From contig CBDCGL010000011.1 in assembly GCA_965216755.1 (NCBI GenBank), positions 2,176,001 through 2,240,000 on the forward strand: a stretch of 64,000 nt of DNA, in the 5' to 3' direction. This DNA comes from Alphaproteobacteria bacterium (GTDB taxonomy: Bacteria; Pseudomonadota; Alphaproteobacteria; UBA7887). The notes beneath the pieces were generated by a model. That model saw nothing but the letters and a program-made list of their open reading frames with translations, ran no database searches and had not been told where the DNA came from. Both the position numbers and the translations under genes were made by a program. How positions within the stretch are numbered: position 1 is the stretch's first letter; each line of letters starts with the position of its first letter. This document shows positions 28,493 through 38,891 of the stretch, piece by piece.

Positions 28493-31400
28493 ATGTTGTC
28501 CGGTTTTTTCATCGATCGCCCAAAATTCGCGTTCGTCATCGCGATTGTCATCGCACTGGCCGGCGCCATTTCCCTGCAGGCGATTCCGATTACGGAATAT
28601 CCCGAAATCACGCCGCCAGTGGTGAATGTGTCGACGAAATACAGCGGCGCCAATGCTTCAGTCGTCGAACAATCCGTGGCGGCGCCGATCGAAGCGCAAG
28701 TCAACGGTGTCGATGACATGATCTACATGTCGTCCCGCAGCAGCAATGACGGCGGCTATTCGCTCGACGTGACGTTCGCGGTGGGTACGGACCCCGATAT
28801 CGCGGCGGTCAATGTGCAAAACCGGGTCGCCATCGCAACCGCGCAATTGTCTTCCGAGGTCACCCGCAACGGAGTCATCACGCGCAAGCAGTCGACCAGC
28901 ATGCTGCTGGTGGTGTCGTTACTGGCCACGGAGGGCAACCACGACGCGTTATTCTTGTCCAACTATGCATCGATCAATTTGCAGGACGCGTTGGCGCGCA
29001 TCAACGGCGTCGGCAGCGTATCACAATTCGGTGCGCTCGATTACGGCATGCGTGTCTGGCTGGAACCCAACCGGCTCACCGCACTGGGATTGACCACAGC
29101 CGACGTGGAAAACGCGGTGCGTTCGCAGAATATTCAGGCCACCGCAGGGCAACTCGGCGCGCCGCCGTTCGAGGGCGCACCGCAGTTTCAATACACTCTG
29201 CAGGCCAAAGGACGGCTGACCTCGGTCGAAGAGTTCGAGAACATCGTCGTGCGCGCCAACGCCGACGGCACCTTCGTCCGCTTGCGAGATGTGGCCCGGA
29301 TCGAGCTTGGCTCCCAGTCCTATGCCGCGATCTCCAAGGTCAACAACCAGCCGGCCGCGAATATCGCGGTCTATCAATCACCGGGCGCCAGCGCACTCGA
29401 CGTGGCGGACGCGATTTACACGGAACTGGATCGCTTGGCGCAAAGCTTCCCGCCCGGGATCGAATACAAGATTCTCTACGACACGACCAAGGCGGTCCGC
29501 GCGTCGGTCCAAGAAGTAATACAGACCCTGATGATCACCTTCTTGTTGGTGGTCGGCGTGACATTTCTATTTTTGGCTGATTGGCGTTCGACGATCGTAC
29601 CAACCTTGGCAATCCCGGTGTCGTTGATCGGCACATTTGCCGTGCTGTTCGTCGTCGGGTTCTCCGCCAACATGATTACGTTGTTCGCGATCATCCTGGC
29701 GATCGGCATTGTCGTCGATGATTCGATCGTGGTGGTCGAGAACGTGCAACGGAATATGGCCGACCACGGCCTCAACGCGCGCGACGCGACGCGGCGTGCG
29801 ATGGGTGAAGTGACCGGCCCGGTAATTGCGACAACCCTGGTCTTGTTGGCGGTCTTTGTGCCGGTCTCCTTTATGCCCGGTATCACGGGCGAACTCTACC
29901 GCCAGTTCGCCGTGACCATCTGCGTCGCGGTATCGATTTCTTCGATCAATGCCCTGACGCTGGCACCAGCCTTGTGCGCCCTGTTGCTCAGGCCGGGTGC
30001 CGGTTCGCCGCGCGGCCCGTTGGGCTTGTTTGCCCGCCTGGTGAACAAGAGCCGCGACGGATATGTATGGCTGGTCAAACGGTTGATCCGCGTTGCCTTG
30101 CTGACCATGGTGGCGTTCGCGGCGATCGCGTTTGGCGCCTATTCCCTGTTTCAATCGGTCCCGTCGGGCTTTCTGCCGATGGAAGACAAAGGCGCTTTGT
30201 TCGGCAATATCCAGCTGCCCGACGGCGCTTCGCTGACGCGGACTGAAGCCGTTATGGACGAGGTCGTTGAGACCGTGCGCGCTGTTGACGGGGTATCCGA
30301 TGTCATTTCCGTTGGCGGCTTTTCCATCCTGTCGGGTCAAGCCTCGAATAGCGCGCTATTTATCCCGGTGTTGACCGACTGGTCGGAACGGACCGAATTG
30401 GCGCAGCGCTGGTTCATGATCTTGCGCGAAATCAATCGCCGCGTCGCTGCAATCGCAGCGGCCGAAGCCTTTTCATTCCCGATGCCGCCGATCATCGGCC
30501 TTGGCACGGGCGGCGGCATTGAGTTGCGCGTCCAAGACTATCGCGGCGGCACGCCTCAGGAACTGGCCGCGGCCGTCCGCAGCTTGGTCTTTGCGGCCAA
30601 TCAGCGACCCGAATTGACATCGGTTTTCAGCACCTATTCCGCCAATGTCCCGCAGCTGCGCCTAGACATCGATCGCGACAAGGCCCAGGTGCTCGGCATT
30701 TCGATCGGCGATATTTTCGCCGCCTTACAAGCGAACCTTGGCTCGTCCTACATCAACGATTTCAACCTGTTCGGCAAAGTCTACCGGGTGATTGTCCAAG
30801 CCCAAGCCGAAGACCGCGACGCCGTCGGAGACATCTACGCGCTGCATGTGCGCAACGCTTTGGGTGAAATGGTACCGTTACGCACATTGGTCGACGTGGT
30901 GCCAACACTCGGCCCGCTATCGATCAACCGCTACAACCAGTTTCCGTCCGCTGCAATAAATGGCGCACCGGCCGATGGGTTCAGTACGGGCGATGCCATC
31001 GCCGCCATGAATCAGGTCGCGGCCACCGCCCTCCCCGATGGCTATGGCATCCAATGGACCGGCACATCACAGCAAGAGTTGGAAGCCGGCGGCATAGTGG
31101 TGGTGATTTTCACTTTGGCCTTGGTATTTGCTTACCTGTTTTTGGTCGCACAATATGAAAGCTGGTCAATTCCACTATCGGTAATTTTGTCGGTCGTCGT
31201 TGCCTTGCTTGGTGCGCTGATTCCTCTCGCCTTGTTGCCGTTTTTGGACAACAACCTCTACGCGCAAATCGGCATGGTCATGCTGATCGGTTTGGCAAGC
31301 AAGAATGCCATCCTGATCGTCGAATTTGCCAAGGTGCGCCGCGAAAACGGGCTGGACGCGGGCGCCGCGGCCGCCGATGCGGCGCGTCTACGCTTTCGTG

Positions 31401-31636
31401 CGGTTCTGATGACCGCCATGTCGTTCATTTTTGGCGTCTTGCCTTTGATATTTGCCACCGGTGCCGGTGCGGCGAGCCGCGTGTCCGTGGGCTTTGTTGT
31501 TTTCGGCGGCATGGTCGCGGCAACGGTTGTCGGTATCCTGTTCATCCCAATTCTTTATTTTGTCGTTCAGTCGGTTCGTGAACGATTGAGCCCGAGGCAG
31601 CGCAGAGATTTGGCACGCCATGGCGCGGCTCCGTAG
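28493..31636 (+). CDS. RND efflux permease (HAE1/AcrB-like)
   Basis: FFIDRPKFA, GIVVDDSIVVVEN, GLASKNAILIVEF, RFRAVLMT. Confidence 0.95.
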   Translation: MLSGFFIDRPKFAFVIAIVIALAGAISLQAIPITEYPEITPPVVNVSTKYSGANASVVEQSVAAPIEAQVNGVDDMIYMSSRSSNDGGYSLDVTFAVGTDPDIAAVNVQNRVAIATAQLSSEVTRNGVITRKQSTSMLLVVSLLATEGNHDALFLSNYASINLQDALARINGVGSVSQFGALDYGMRVWLEPNRLTALGLTTADVENAVRSQNIQATAGQLGAPPFEGAPQFQYTLQAKGRLTSVEEFENIVVRANADGTFVRLRDVARIELGSQSYAAISKVNNQPAANIAVYQSPGASALDVADAIYTELDRLAQSFPPGIEYKILYDTTKAVRASVQEVIQTLMITFLLVVGVTFLFLADWRSTIVPTLAIPVSLIGTFAVLFVVGFSANMITLFAIILAIGIVVDDSIVVVENVQRNMADHGLNARDATRRAMGEVTGPVIATTLVLLAVFVPVSFMPGITGELYRQFAVTICVAVSISSINALTLAPALCALLLRPGAGSPRGPLGLFARLVNKSRDGYVWLVKRLIRVALLTMVAFAAIAFGAYSLFQSVPSGFLPMEDKGALFGNIQLPDGASLTRTEAVMDEVVETVRAVDGVSDVISVGGFSILSGQASNSALFIPVLTDWSERTELAQRWFMILREINRRVAAIAAAEAFSFPMPPIIGLGTGGGIELRVQDYRGGTPQELAAAVRSLVFAANQRPELTSVFSTYSANVPQLRLDIDRDKAQVLGISIGDIFAALQANLGSSYINDFNLFGKVYRVIVQAQAEDRDAVGDIYALHVRNALGEMVPLRTLVDVVPTLGPLSINRYNQFPSAAINGAPADGFSTGDAIAAMNQVAATALPDGYGIQWTGTSQQELEAGGIVVVIFTLALVFAYLFLVAQYESWSIPLSVILSVVVALLGALIPLALLPFLDNNLYAQIGMVMLIGLASKNAILIVEFAKVRRENGLDAGAAAADAARLRFRAVLMTAMSFIFGVLPLIFATGAGAASRVSVGFVVFGGMVAATVVGILFIPILYFVVQSVRERLSPRQRRDLARHGAAP

Positions 31637-31850
31637 GTCAAGCGTGCGAGTTGCCGGGAAACCGGGAAATTGCGATACTTTTGGTTCGAACGAACGTATG
31701 AATTTGTTTTGTCGGACCGCGCAGGGTCTCGTTTGGCGACGCCGGCAGCGCTAACGCACGGATGTCGAGAGGTCGCCAGGCACAGATTAAGGCATGGCAC
31801 CCGAGCGAAACTTCGATCGAATTAGAATTATTATTATGTGGCAGGGCTTT

Positions 31851-32978
31851 ATGCAGAATTCTGGGCGTTTGGCTGCGGTCCGGACCGCACTTCCAGTAAT
31901 GGTAGCAATGGCGTTATGCGTCGTCGGGACGCCGGCCGCGGCCCAAAACGCAGCCATCGTCGGGGTCGACAAAGTGGTTGTCGAGCCGCTGGCACAAACG
32001 GTTCCGGTCATTGGCAGATTTGTCGCCCGTCAAGCCGGCCCGGTAGCTGCCCGCACGGCGGGCGCGGTCACGGAAATGGCGGTCCAAATCGGCGATCGCG
32101 TCAAAAAGGGCGATACGCTAGCGGCCTTGGATCTGGATCGATTGACTTGGCAGCGAGATTTGGCGCAATCAACGGCACGCGAGTCCGAGGCGCTGTTGGT
32201 GGCCGCCAAGGCGCGTTTGGGAAAACAGCGTAGCGAGTTGTCGCGCTTGGAACGCATACGGGAGTCGGCGGCGTTCAGCCAGGCACGGTATGACGACGCT
32301 GTGCAGAATGTTTTGGAGGGCGAAGCGAGCGTGGCCGCGGCGGGTGCCGTCGTTGCCCGAGTCAAAGCCAATCTGTTGCTCGCCGAAGATGATTTGCGCC
32401 ATGGACAGATCGTCGCCCCGTATGACGGTGTGGTCAGTTTGCGCCACACGGACTTGGGCGCTTACGTCACAATTGGCAGTCCTGTCGTCTCTCTCATCAA
32501 TGATACCGACCTCGAGATCGAGGCCGACGTGCCATACAACCGTATCGAGGGATTGGCTGCCGGCACGGTCGTGACCATCGCGCTGACGGACGGCTCTTCG
32601 CACAACGGCATCGTCCGTGCGGTCGGCGCCGAGGAAAATCCGATGACCCGCACGCGCTTGGTGCGTTTTACACCCATGATTGAGAGTGCGTCGATCGCGC
32701 GCGCGGTCGGCGAAGCCGTTGACGTCTTTTTGCCGCTTGGCAAGCCGCGCGAAGTGGTGACCGTTCACAAAGACGCGATCTTGAAACGGCAAGGTTTGTC
32801 CTTGGTCTATGTCGTCGGCGAGGATAACACGGCGCAAGTACGGCCGGTCGACTTGGGCGAAGCGGTCGGGCCGCGTTTCGTTGTGCTCGATGGTCTGGTC
32901 GCCGGTGATACGGTCGTCGTGCGCGGCAATGAACGTTTGCGTCCGGGTCAAGCCGTCCAGGCTGGCGGAGAAGGCTGA
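31851..32978 (+). CDS. RND efflux membrane-fusion protein
   Basis: IGDRVKKGD lipoyl-like half, IVAPYDGVV, RGNERLRPGQ; start uncertain. Confidence 0.88.
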   Translation: MQNSGRLAAVRTALPVMVAMALCVVGTPAAAQNAAIVGVDKVVVEPLAQTVPVIGRFVARQAGPVAARTAGAVTEMAVQIGDRVKKGDTLAALDLDRLTWQRDLAQSTARESEALLVAAKARLGKQRSELSRLERIRESAAFSQARYDDAVQNVLEGEASVAAAGAVVARVKANLLLAEDDLRHGQIVAPYDGVVSLRHTDLGAYVTIGSPVVSLINDTDLEIEADVPYNRIEGLAAGTVVTIALTDGSSHNGIVRAVGAEENPMTRTRLVRFTPMIESASIARAVGEAVDVFLPLGKPREVVTVHKDAILKRQGLSLVYVVGEDNTAQVRPVDLGEAVGPRFVVLDGLVAGDTVVVRGNERLRPGQAVQAGGEG

Positions 32979-35900
32979 TGAATCTGATTCAATATTCGAT
33001 CAAGCGGCCGACGGCCGTGGTGGCCGCCGTCTTCATGGTCGTTGTGTTTGGGTATTTGTCGCTCCAACGCATACCGATCCAGCTGACGCCCGACGTGCGA
33101 AAACCTGTGCTCAGCGTGACAACGTTCTGGGGCGGTGGCGCGCCCGAAGAGATCGAGCGCGAAATCGTCAATCTTCAGGAGGAAGAGCTGCGCGGCGTCG
33201 AAGGCCTGGCGCAAATGGAAAGCAGTTCGCGCGACGGCCAAGCCGAAATCACGCTCGAGTTCGAGATCGGCACGGATATGAATCGGTCGTTGTTGCTAGT
33301 GTCGAACCGCTTGAATCAGATTTCGGACTACCCGGAAGAGGCCGACGAGCCAAGCCTGGATACCGCCGGCTTGGACGACAACCCCATTGCATGGTTCATC
33401 TTATCGCGGGCTGAAGGCAATACCCGGCCAATCGCAAGCTACGGTGATTTTGCCGAGGACGTGATCCAAGACCGGCTCGAACGGGTCCCGGGTGTGTCGC
33501 GCACCAACGTTTACGGCGGCAGTGAAAGTGAGATGCGGGTGACCGTGGTTCCGCAGAAAATGGCCCGCTATGGGTTGACAGTTCCCGCCGTCGTCAACGC
33601 CATGCGGGCGGCCAACGCATCGGTGTCGGCCGGTGACGTGGAAGAAGGTAAGCGCCGCTATGTGGTGCGCGCCGAAGGCGAATTCGAAACCATCGATCAA
33701 GTGCGCAACGTGGTTTTGACCAGCGAGGAGGACCAGCTGTCCGGACGCATTGGTCGTGTGACGGTCGGTGATATCGCCGACGTCCGCTTTGCCACCAAAG
33801 AACCGCGCGCGGCCATCCGTTTTTTGGGTTACGACGCATTGGCGGTCAACGCCATCCGCGCGACTGGGGCGAATGTCATCGAGACCATGGAGGGAATCGA
33901 CGAGGCGATTGCGGAATTAAACCAGACCGCTTTACCGGAAGCCGGTCTGGAACTACGCCAGGTCTATGACGAAACGATCTATATCAAATCGGCGATCTCT
34001 CTGGTCCAACAGAACATATGGATCGGCGGCACATTGGCTGCGTTTATCTTGATCCTGTTTTTGCGCTCGATACGCGCGACCATCGTGATCACCCTGGCAA
34101 TTCCGATTTCCGTGATCGCGTCGTTTGTCGCCATGGCCGCCATGGGCCGGTCGATCAATGTGATTTCGCTGGCCGGCATTGCTTTCGCGGTCGGCATGGT
34201 GGTCGATGCCGCCATTGTTGTGTTGGAAAACATCTATCGTCTCCGTGAGAAAGGCCGGTCGCGGCCGGAAGCCGCCTATGAAGGGGCACGACAGGTCTGG
34301 CCAGCGGTGATGGTCTCGGCACTGACCACCGTGCTGGTTTTCATTCCAATCTTGATCATGGAGTTGGAGGCGGGCCAGTTGTTCCGCGACATCGCGGTCG
34401 CGATCTCGGTCTCCGTCCTGATGTCGCTGTTGGTATCGGTCACTGTGATACCGGCGCTGTCGCGTGCCTTGTTAGCAAAAGGCGACGTCACCCAATCACG
34501 TCTCAGTTTGCCGGGATTGGATCATATCGCGCGTGGTTTTGCGGCCACCTTTCTCGGTTACGCCCGTTTGGTGGTACGCAGTCGGTTCGTTTCGGGCGTC
34601 GTTGTTATGGTTTTGATTGTTGGCACATTATCGGTTAGCTATTTATTTTTGCCGAAGATGGAATATTTGCCAGAAGGCAATCGCAATCTGATCTTTGGCA
34701 TCATGCTGCCGCCGCCTGGCTACAATCTCGATACGATGACTGAAATCGCGAGCCGGATAGAGGAGCAGGTCCGGCCGTTGTGGGCAAGCGAGTCGGGTCC
34801 TGAGCCCGAACCGGGTCAACCGCCGAAAATCAAAAACTACTTCTTCGTTGCGCTGGCCAATCGAACCTTCTTCGGCGCCAGCGCGATCCAAGCGGACCGA
34901 GTTGCCGAATTGATTCCGGTGCTATCCAAACCGCTCTACGGTGAACCTGGCACTTTCGGTTTCTTTAGCCAGCCAAGTTTATTCAGTCGCGATATTGGCG
35001 GTGGCCGCGCGATCAGCCTGGATATCTCCGGACCAAACTTGGAAGACGTGATTATCACCGCCCAGAATGCCGCCGGTCTCGTGGAACAAACCTATCCACG
35101 CAGCGAAGGCCACCAAATGCAACCCAAACCCGGGTTGGAGATGGGATCGCCAGAGGTTCGCGTGGTGCCCGACCGGGTACGTTTGGCCGACAACGGCGTT
35201 TCGGCGCTGACCTTGGGACAAAGCGTCGATGCTTTCAATTCCGGTTTGCGTGTCGCCGAAATCACGATTGACGGCAAACGCATCGACCTGACTTTGCAAG
35301 GACCCGAAGACAAGATCGACCGAACGCAAGGGATTAACAACCTGCCGGTGGTGACCGCGAGTGGCCAGATTTTGCCAGTGTCGTCGCTGGCCCAAGTCGA
35401 AGTGACCAATGGCCCCACCGAGGTCCGCCATCTGGAGCGCGAACGTACGGTCACGTTGGAGGTCCGCCCCAACGCACAAGTGCCGCTGGAACTGGCGATT
35501 GAAACAATTCAGACCCAGGTAATTGACAAGCTTGCCGAAGGCGGATTGCCGCCGGGCGTGAAGCTGCGCATGTCGGGGACCGCCGACGAGTTGACCAAGA
35601 CATTCGATGCCATGCTTATAAATTTGATCGTGGCCATCATGATTGTCTATTTGTTGATGGCGGTATTGTTCGAAAGCTTCCTCTATCCGTTTATCATTAT
35701 GCTGTCAGTACCATTGGCAACCGCCGGTGGGGTGCTGGGTTTCGGCCTGCTACAGATATATCAACCGCAAGGCTTGGATATGCTGACCTTGCTGGGGTTC
35801 ATTATCTTGGTCGGCATCGTCGTCAACAACGCGATCCTGCTCGTCCATCAAACGCTCTATCACATTCGCGAAGAAGGCATGCAGGTGGCCGACAGCATTG

Positions 35901-36160
35901 TTGAAGCCACGCGCAACCGCTTGCGGCCGATCTTCATGTCGACGTTGACCAGCGTGTTTGGCATGCTGCCTTTGGTGCTCGTGCCGGGCGCCGGCTCAGA
36001 GCTCTATCGCGGCTTGGGTTCGGTCGTGGTCGGTGGGTTGGCGCTGTCGGCGCTTCTGACGTTGATAATTATACCACCCTTGCTCAGCTTGCTCGTCAGC
36101 CGTGATCTCGCCGAAGAGGAACATGTTGGCCCGGTTGAAGTCAAAGTCGCGGCCGAATGA
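32978..36160 (+). CDS. RND efflux permease (second subfamily)
   Basis: IPIQLTPDV, GMVVDAAIVVLENI, GIVVNNAILLV, RLRPIFMS. Confidence 0.93.
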   Translation: MNLIQYSIKRPTAVVAAVFMVVVFGYLSLQRIPIQLTPDVRKPVLSVTTFWGGGAPEEIEREIVNLQEEELRGVEGLAQMESSSRDGQAEITLEFEIGTDMNRSLLLVSNRLNQISDYPEEADEPSLDTAGLDDNPIAWFILSRAEGNTRPIASYGDFAEDVIQDRLERVPGVSRTNVYGGSESEMRVTVVPQKMARYGLTVPAVVNAMRAANASVSAGDVEEGKRRYVVRAEGEFETIDQVRNVVLTSEEDQLSGRIGRVTVGDIADVRFATKEPRAAIRFLGYDALAVNAIRATGANVIETMEGIDEAIAELNQTALPEAGLELRQVYDETIYIKSAISLVQQNIWIGGTLAAFILILFLRSIRATIVITLAIPISVIASFVAMAAMGRSINVISLAGIAFAVGMVVDAAIVVLENIYRLREKGRSRPEAAYEGARQVWPAVMVSALTTVLVFIPILIMELEAGQLFRDIAVAISVSVLMSLLVSVTVIPALSRALLAKGDVTQSRLSLPGLDHIARGFAATFLGYARLVVRSRFVSGVVVMVLIVGTLSVSYLFLPKMEYLPEGNRNLIFGIMLPPPGYNLDTMTEIASRIEEQVRPLWASESGPEPEPGQPPKIKNYFFVALANRTFFGASAIQADRVAELIPVLSKPLYGEPGTFGFFSQPSLFSRDIGGGRAISLDISGPNLEDVIITAQNAAGLVEQTYPRSEGHQMQPKPGLEMGSPEVRVVPDRVRLADNGVSALTLGQSVDAFNSGLRVAEITIDGKRIDLTLQGPEDKIDRTQGINNLPVVTASGQILPVSSLAQVEVTNGPTEVRHLERERTVTLEVRPNAQVPLELAIETIQTQVIDKLAEGGLPPGVKLRMSGTADELTKTFDAMLINLIVAIMIVYLLMAVLFESFLYPFIIMLSVPLATAGGVLGFGLLQIYQPQGLDMLTLLGFIILVGIVVNNAILLVHQTLYHIREEGMQVADSIVEATRNRLRPIFMSTLTSVFGMLPLVLVPGAGSELYRGLGSVVVGGLALSALLTLIIIPPLLSLLVSRDLAEEEHVGPVEVKVAAE

Positions 36161-36167
36161 CCGGCTC

Positions 36168-36205
36168 CGGCCCACAGGTCGCCAGGCCTGGTGACGCGTG
36201 GGCCG
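36168..36205. terminator. Long hairpin between convergent genes
   Basis: CGGCCCAC..GTCGCCAG / CTGGTGAC..GTGGGCCG. Confidence 0.5.
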
Positions 36206-36224
36206 AAGCTAAGACCGCCGTGTC

Positions 36225-36539
36225 CTAACGAATCGGTGAGAACGGCGCGGGGATCAGCACTTTTGATGCCTGGTCAACCATGAGTGGGCGAATATGCGGG
36301 ATGAACTCCTGCCAGCGTGGATCCTGGAATAGTTTCGCCCGCCGTTCGGCGCGATCATTTAGGCTGTCATAGCCCCACATATGTACAATCTGATTCAGTG
36401 GTCCAAACTCGGTATAGAAATAGCCGACCATATTGCCGAGAATTTCCTTTTGCGTGTCGATGGCCATCTCTTCATAGAGCTTGAACCATTCCTGTGGCCC
36501 GCCAGGTTTGAGGGTGTAAGTGCGCTGTTCGACGATCAT
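36225..36539 (-). CDS. NIPSNAP family protein
   Basis: MIVEQRTYTLKPG, GPLNQIVHMWGY, RAERRA, PAPFSP. Confidence 0.9.
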   Translation of the reverse strand: MIVEQRTYTLKPGGPQEWFKLYEEMAIDTQKEILGNMVGYFYTEFGPLNQIVHMWGYDSLNDRAERRAKLFQDPRWQEFIPHIRPLMVDQASKVLIPAPFSPIR

Positions 36540-36678
36540 GATGCGGTTCCTTTGTTGCGAACGATAGAATCGTAGCCACGAAATCAGCCGGCCCAGACCT
36601 TGTCAACGGCGTGGCGACACGCTACGACATCGCTTCGCACTCGCGCCGATAGGGCCCACTCAGATAGGACGTCACGCC

Positions 36679-37671
36679 ATGCCCGAAAGTTATCGCGCCT
36701 TAGTCGCCAGCAAAGAAGACGACACCGTCAGTACTGCCGTTACAGAACGGCAATTGGCAGATTTACCCGACGGAGACATCACGATTCGCGTGTCGCATTC
36801 AAGCGTCAACTTCAAGGACGGGCTCGCGACATTGGCCAAGGGTGGCGTGGTTCGCCAATACCCACTCGTGCTTGGTATTGACCTTGCTGGCACGGTCGCC
36901 GAATCGCGTAACGGGCGCTTTCGTGAAGGCGATGCCGTGCTGGTGACCGGCTTTGACCTTGGCGTTGCCCACGATGGCGGGTATGCCCAATATGCGCGCG
37001 TGCCGGCCGATTGGGTGGTCAAACGCCCCGACTCGTTGTCGGCACGGGATGCCATGGCGTTCGGAACCGCCGGCTTCACCGCCGCGCTTGCCATCCGCCG
37101 CATGGAGGAGAATGGCCTGGTCCCGAACAACGGGCCGGTGCTGGTGACCGGCGCGACCGGTGGCGTCGGCAGTTTGGCAGTGAGCATGCTATCGACATTG
37201 GGGTACGAGGTCAGTGGCTCGACCGGTAAGGAAACGGAGCATGATTACCTGCGGTCGCTGGGCGCCACGCGCATTCTCAGCCGCAACGAGGTGTCTGCGG
37301 AAGGACGCCCTCTGGCCAAGAGCATTTGGCAGGGCGCGGTCGATCAAGTCGGCGGCAAGACACTGTCATGGATTCTCAGCACCATGGCCTATCGCGGCAT
37401 CGTCGCGGTCACCGGCCTAACCGGCGGCGCCCCATTCAACAGCACGGTGTTGCCATTTATTCTACGTGGCGTGTCGTTGCTTGGTATAGACTCGGTGCAC
37501 TGCCCGATGTCCGAACGAACGGCGCTATGGGAACGCATGGCGGGGCCGCTGCGGCCGCCGCAATTGAACGACATGATCGCGCAGGAAACCGATCTTGATG
37601 GTCTCGGGGATACACTCGCGACCATCCTCAAAGGCGGCGTTCGGGGCCGGACGATCGTCTCTCTCGACTAG
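36679..37671 (+). CDS. acuI: Acryloyl-CoA reductase AcuI/YhdH family (MDR)
   Basis: SSVNFKDGL, GTAGFTA, GATGGVGS, LPFILRGVSLLGIDSV, RGRTIV. Confidence 0.82.
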   Translation: MPESYRALVASKEDDTVSTAVTERQLADLPDGDITIRVSHSSVNFKDGLATLAKGGVVRQYPLVLGIDLAGTVAESRNGRFREGDAVLVTGFDLGVAHDGGYAQYARVPADWVVKRPDSLSARDAMAFGTAGFTAALAIRRMEENGLVPNNGPVLVTGATGGVGSLAVSMLSTLGYEVSGSTGKETEHDYLRSLGATRILSRNEVSAEGRPLAKSIWQGAVDQVGGKTLSWILSTMAYRGIVAVTGLTGGAPFNSTVLPFILRGVSLLGIDSVHCPMSERTALWERMAGPLRPPQLNDMIAQETDLDGLGDTLATILKGGVRGRTIVSLD

Positions 37672-37714
37672 GACTCTCTTTTTGGTGTCTCACTTTGGTA
37701 AAGGGGGGAGCGCT

Positions 37715-38887
37715 ATGACAGGATCCATCGCCACCGTCACATTGCCACGCGTAATGCTCATCGGCAGCGGTGCTGCCGACCAAGTCGCCACCGCGCTGTC
37801 GCAAATCGGCGCGAAGCGCCCGTTGATTGTCACCGACGCATTCGTACGCGATAGCGGCATGCTGGCGCGCATTACGGACGCATTGGACGCGGCACAGCTG
37901 TCCTGGGACGTCTTTGCCGACACGGTTCCAGACCCGACGACCGAGGCCGTCGCCAAGGGTGTCGCGGTGCTTAAGGGCAGCGATTGCGATTGCATGATCG
38001 CGCTCGGCGGCGGCAGCCCGATCGACACCGCCAAAGCGATGGGCGTATTGGCGACACACGACGGGGCCATGCGCGACTATAAGGTGCCGGCCCAGATCGA
38101 TCATAGCGACTATCCTATTGTGGCAATCCCGACGACTGCCGGTACCGGATCAGAGGTGACACGTTTCACGGTCATCACCGACACCGAGACCGATGAAAAA
38201 ATGTTGTGCATGGGCTTGGCTTATGTGCCCACCGCGGCTTTGGTCGACTACACTTTGACATTGACCATGCCGTGGCGGCTAACCGCCGATACCGGGCTCG
38301 ACACGCTGACCCACGCGATCGAGGCCTATGTCAGTAAGAAGCGCAATCCGTTTTCCGACACCATGGCACGGTCGTGCATGCGTCTTGTTGCGGAAAACAT
38401 TCGCACCGCCTGCAATCAACCCGATGATCACGCGGCACGCGAAGCGATGATGTTGGCCGCGACCCAAGGCGGCATGGCATTTGCCAATGCGTCGGTTTGC
38501 CTGGTTCACGGCATGAGCCGGCCGATCGGCGCCCATTTTCACGTGCCGCATGGCCTCAGCAACGCCATGTTGCTACCCGCGATCACGGCGTTCTCAGCGC
38601 GCGATTCAATGTCTCGCTACGCCGATTGCGCTCGCGCCATGGGAGTCGCGGCGTCGGACGACAGCGATGATGGCGCGGTCAACCGTTTGCTCGATGAATT
38701 GCACCGCCTCAACGAAGACTTGAAGGTGCCCTCACCCAAGGTGTTCGGCATCGAACAGCAGCGCTACTTCGATTTGATGCCGGTCATGGCCGAGCAAGCG
38801 CTGGCGTCAGGCTCGCCGGCGAACAACCCGCGCGTGCCAACCGTCGACGAGATCGTCGACATCTACAAGCAGGTGTGGGCGGCCTAA
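37715..38887 (+). CDS. Iron-containing alcohol dehydrogenase (DddB-like)
   Basis: GGGSPID, PTTAGTGSE, DTLTHAIE, VHGMSRPIG, VPHGLSNA; ATG 37715 after GGGAG. Confidence 0.9.
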   Translation: MTGSIATVTLPRVMLIGSGAADQVATALSQIGAKRPLIVTDAFVRDSGMLARITDALDAAQLSWDVFADTVPDPTTEAVAKGVAVLKGSDCDCMIALGGGSPIDTAKAMGVLATHDGAMRDYKVPAQIDHSDYPIVAIPTTAGTGSEVTRFTVITDTETDEKMLCMGLAYVPTAALVDYTLTLTMPWRLTADTGLDTLTHAIEAYVSKKRNPFSDTMARSCMRLVAENIRTACNQPDDHAAREAMMLAATQGGMAFANASVCLVHGMSRPIGAHFHVPHGLSNAMLLPAITAFSARDSMSRYADCARAMGVAASDDSDDGAVNRLLDELHRLNEDLKVPSPKVFGIEQQRYFDLMPVMAEQALASGSPANNPRVPTVDEIVDIYKQVWAA

Positions 38888-38891
38888 ACGT

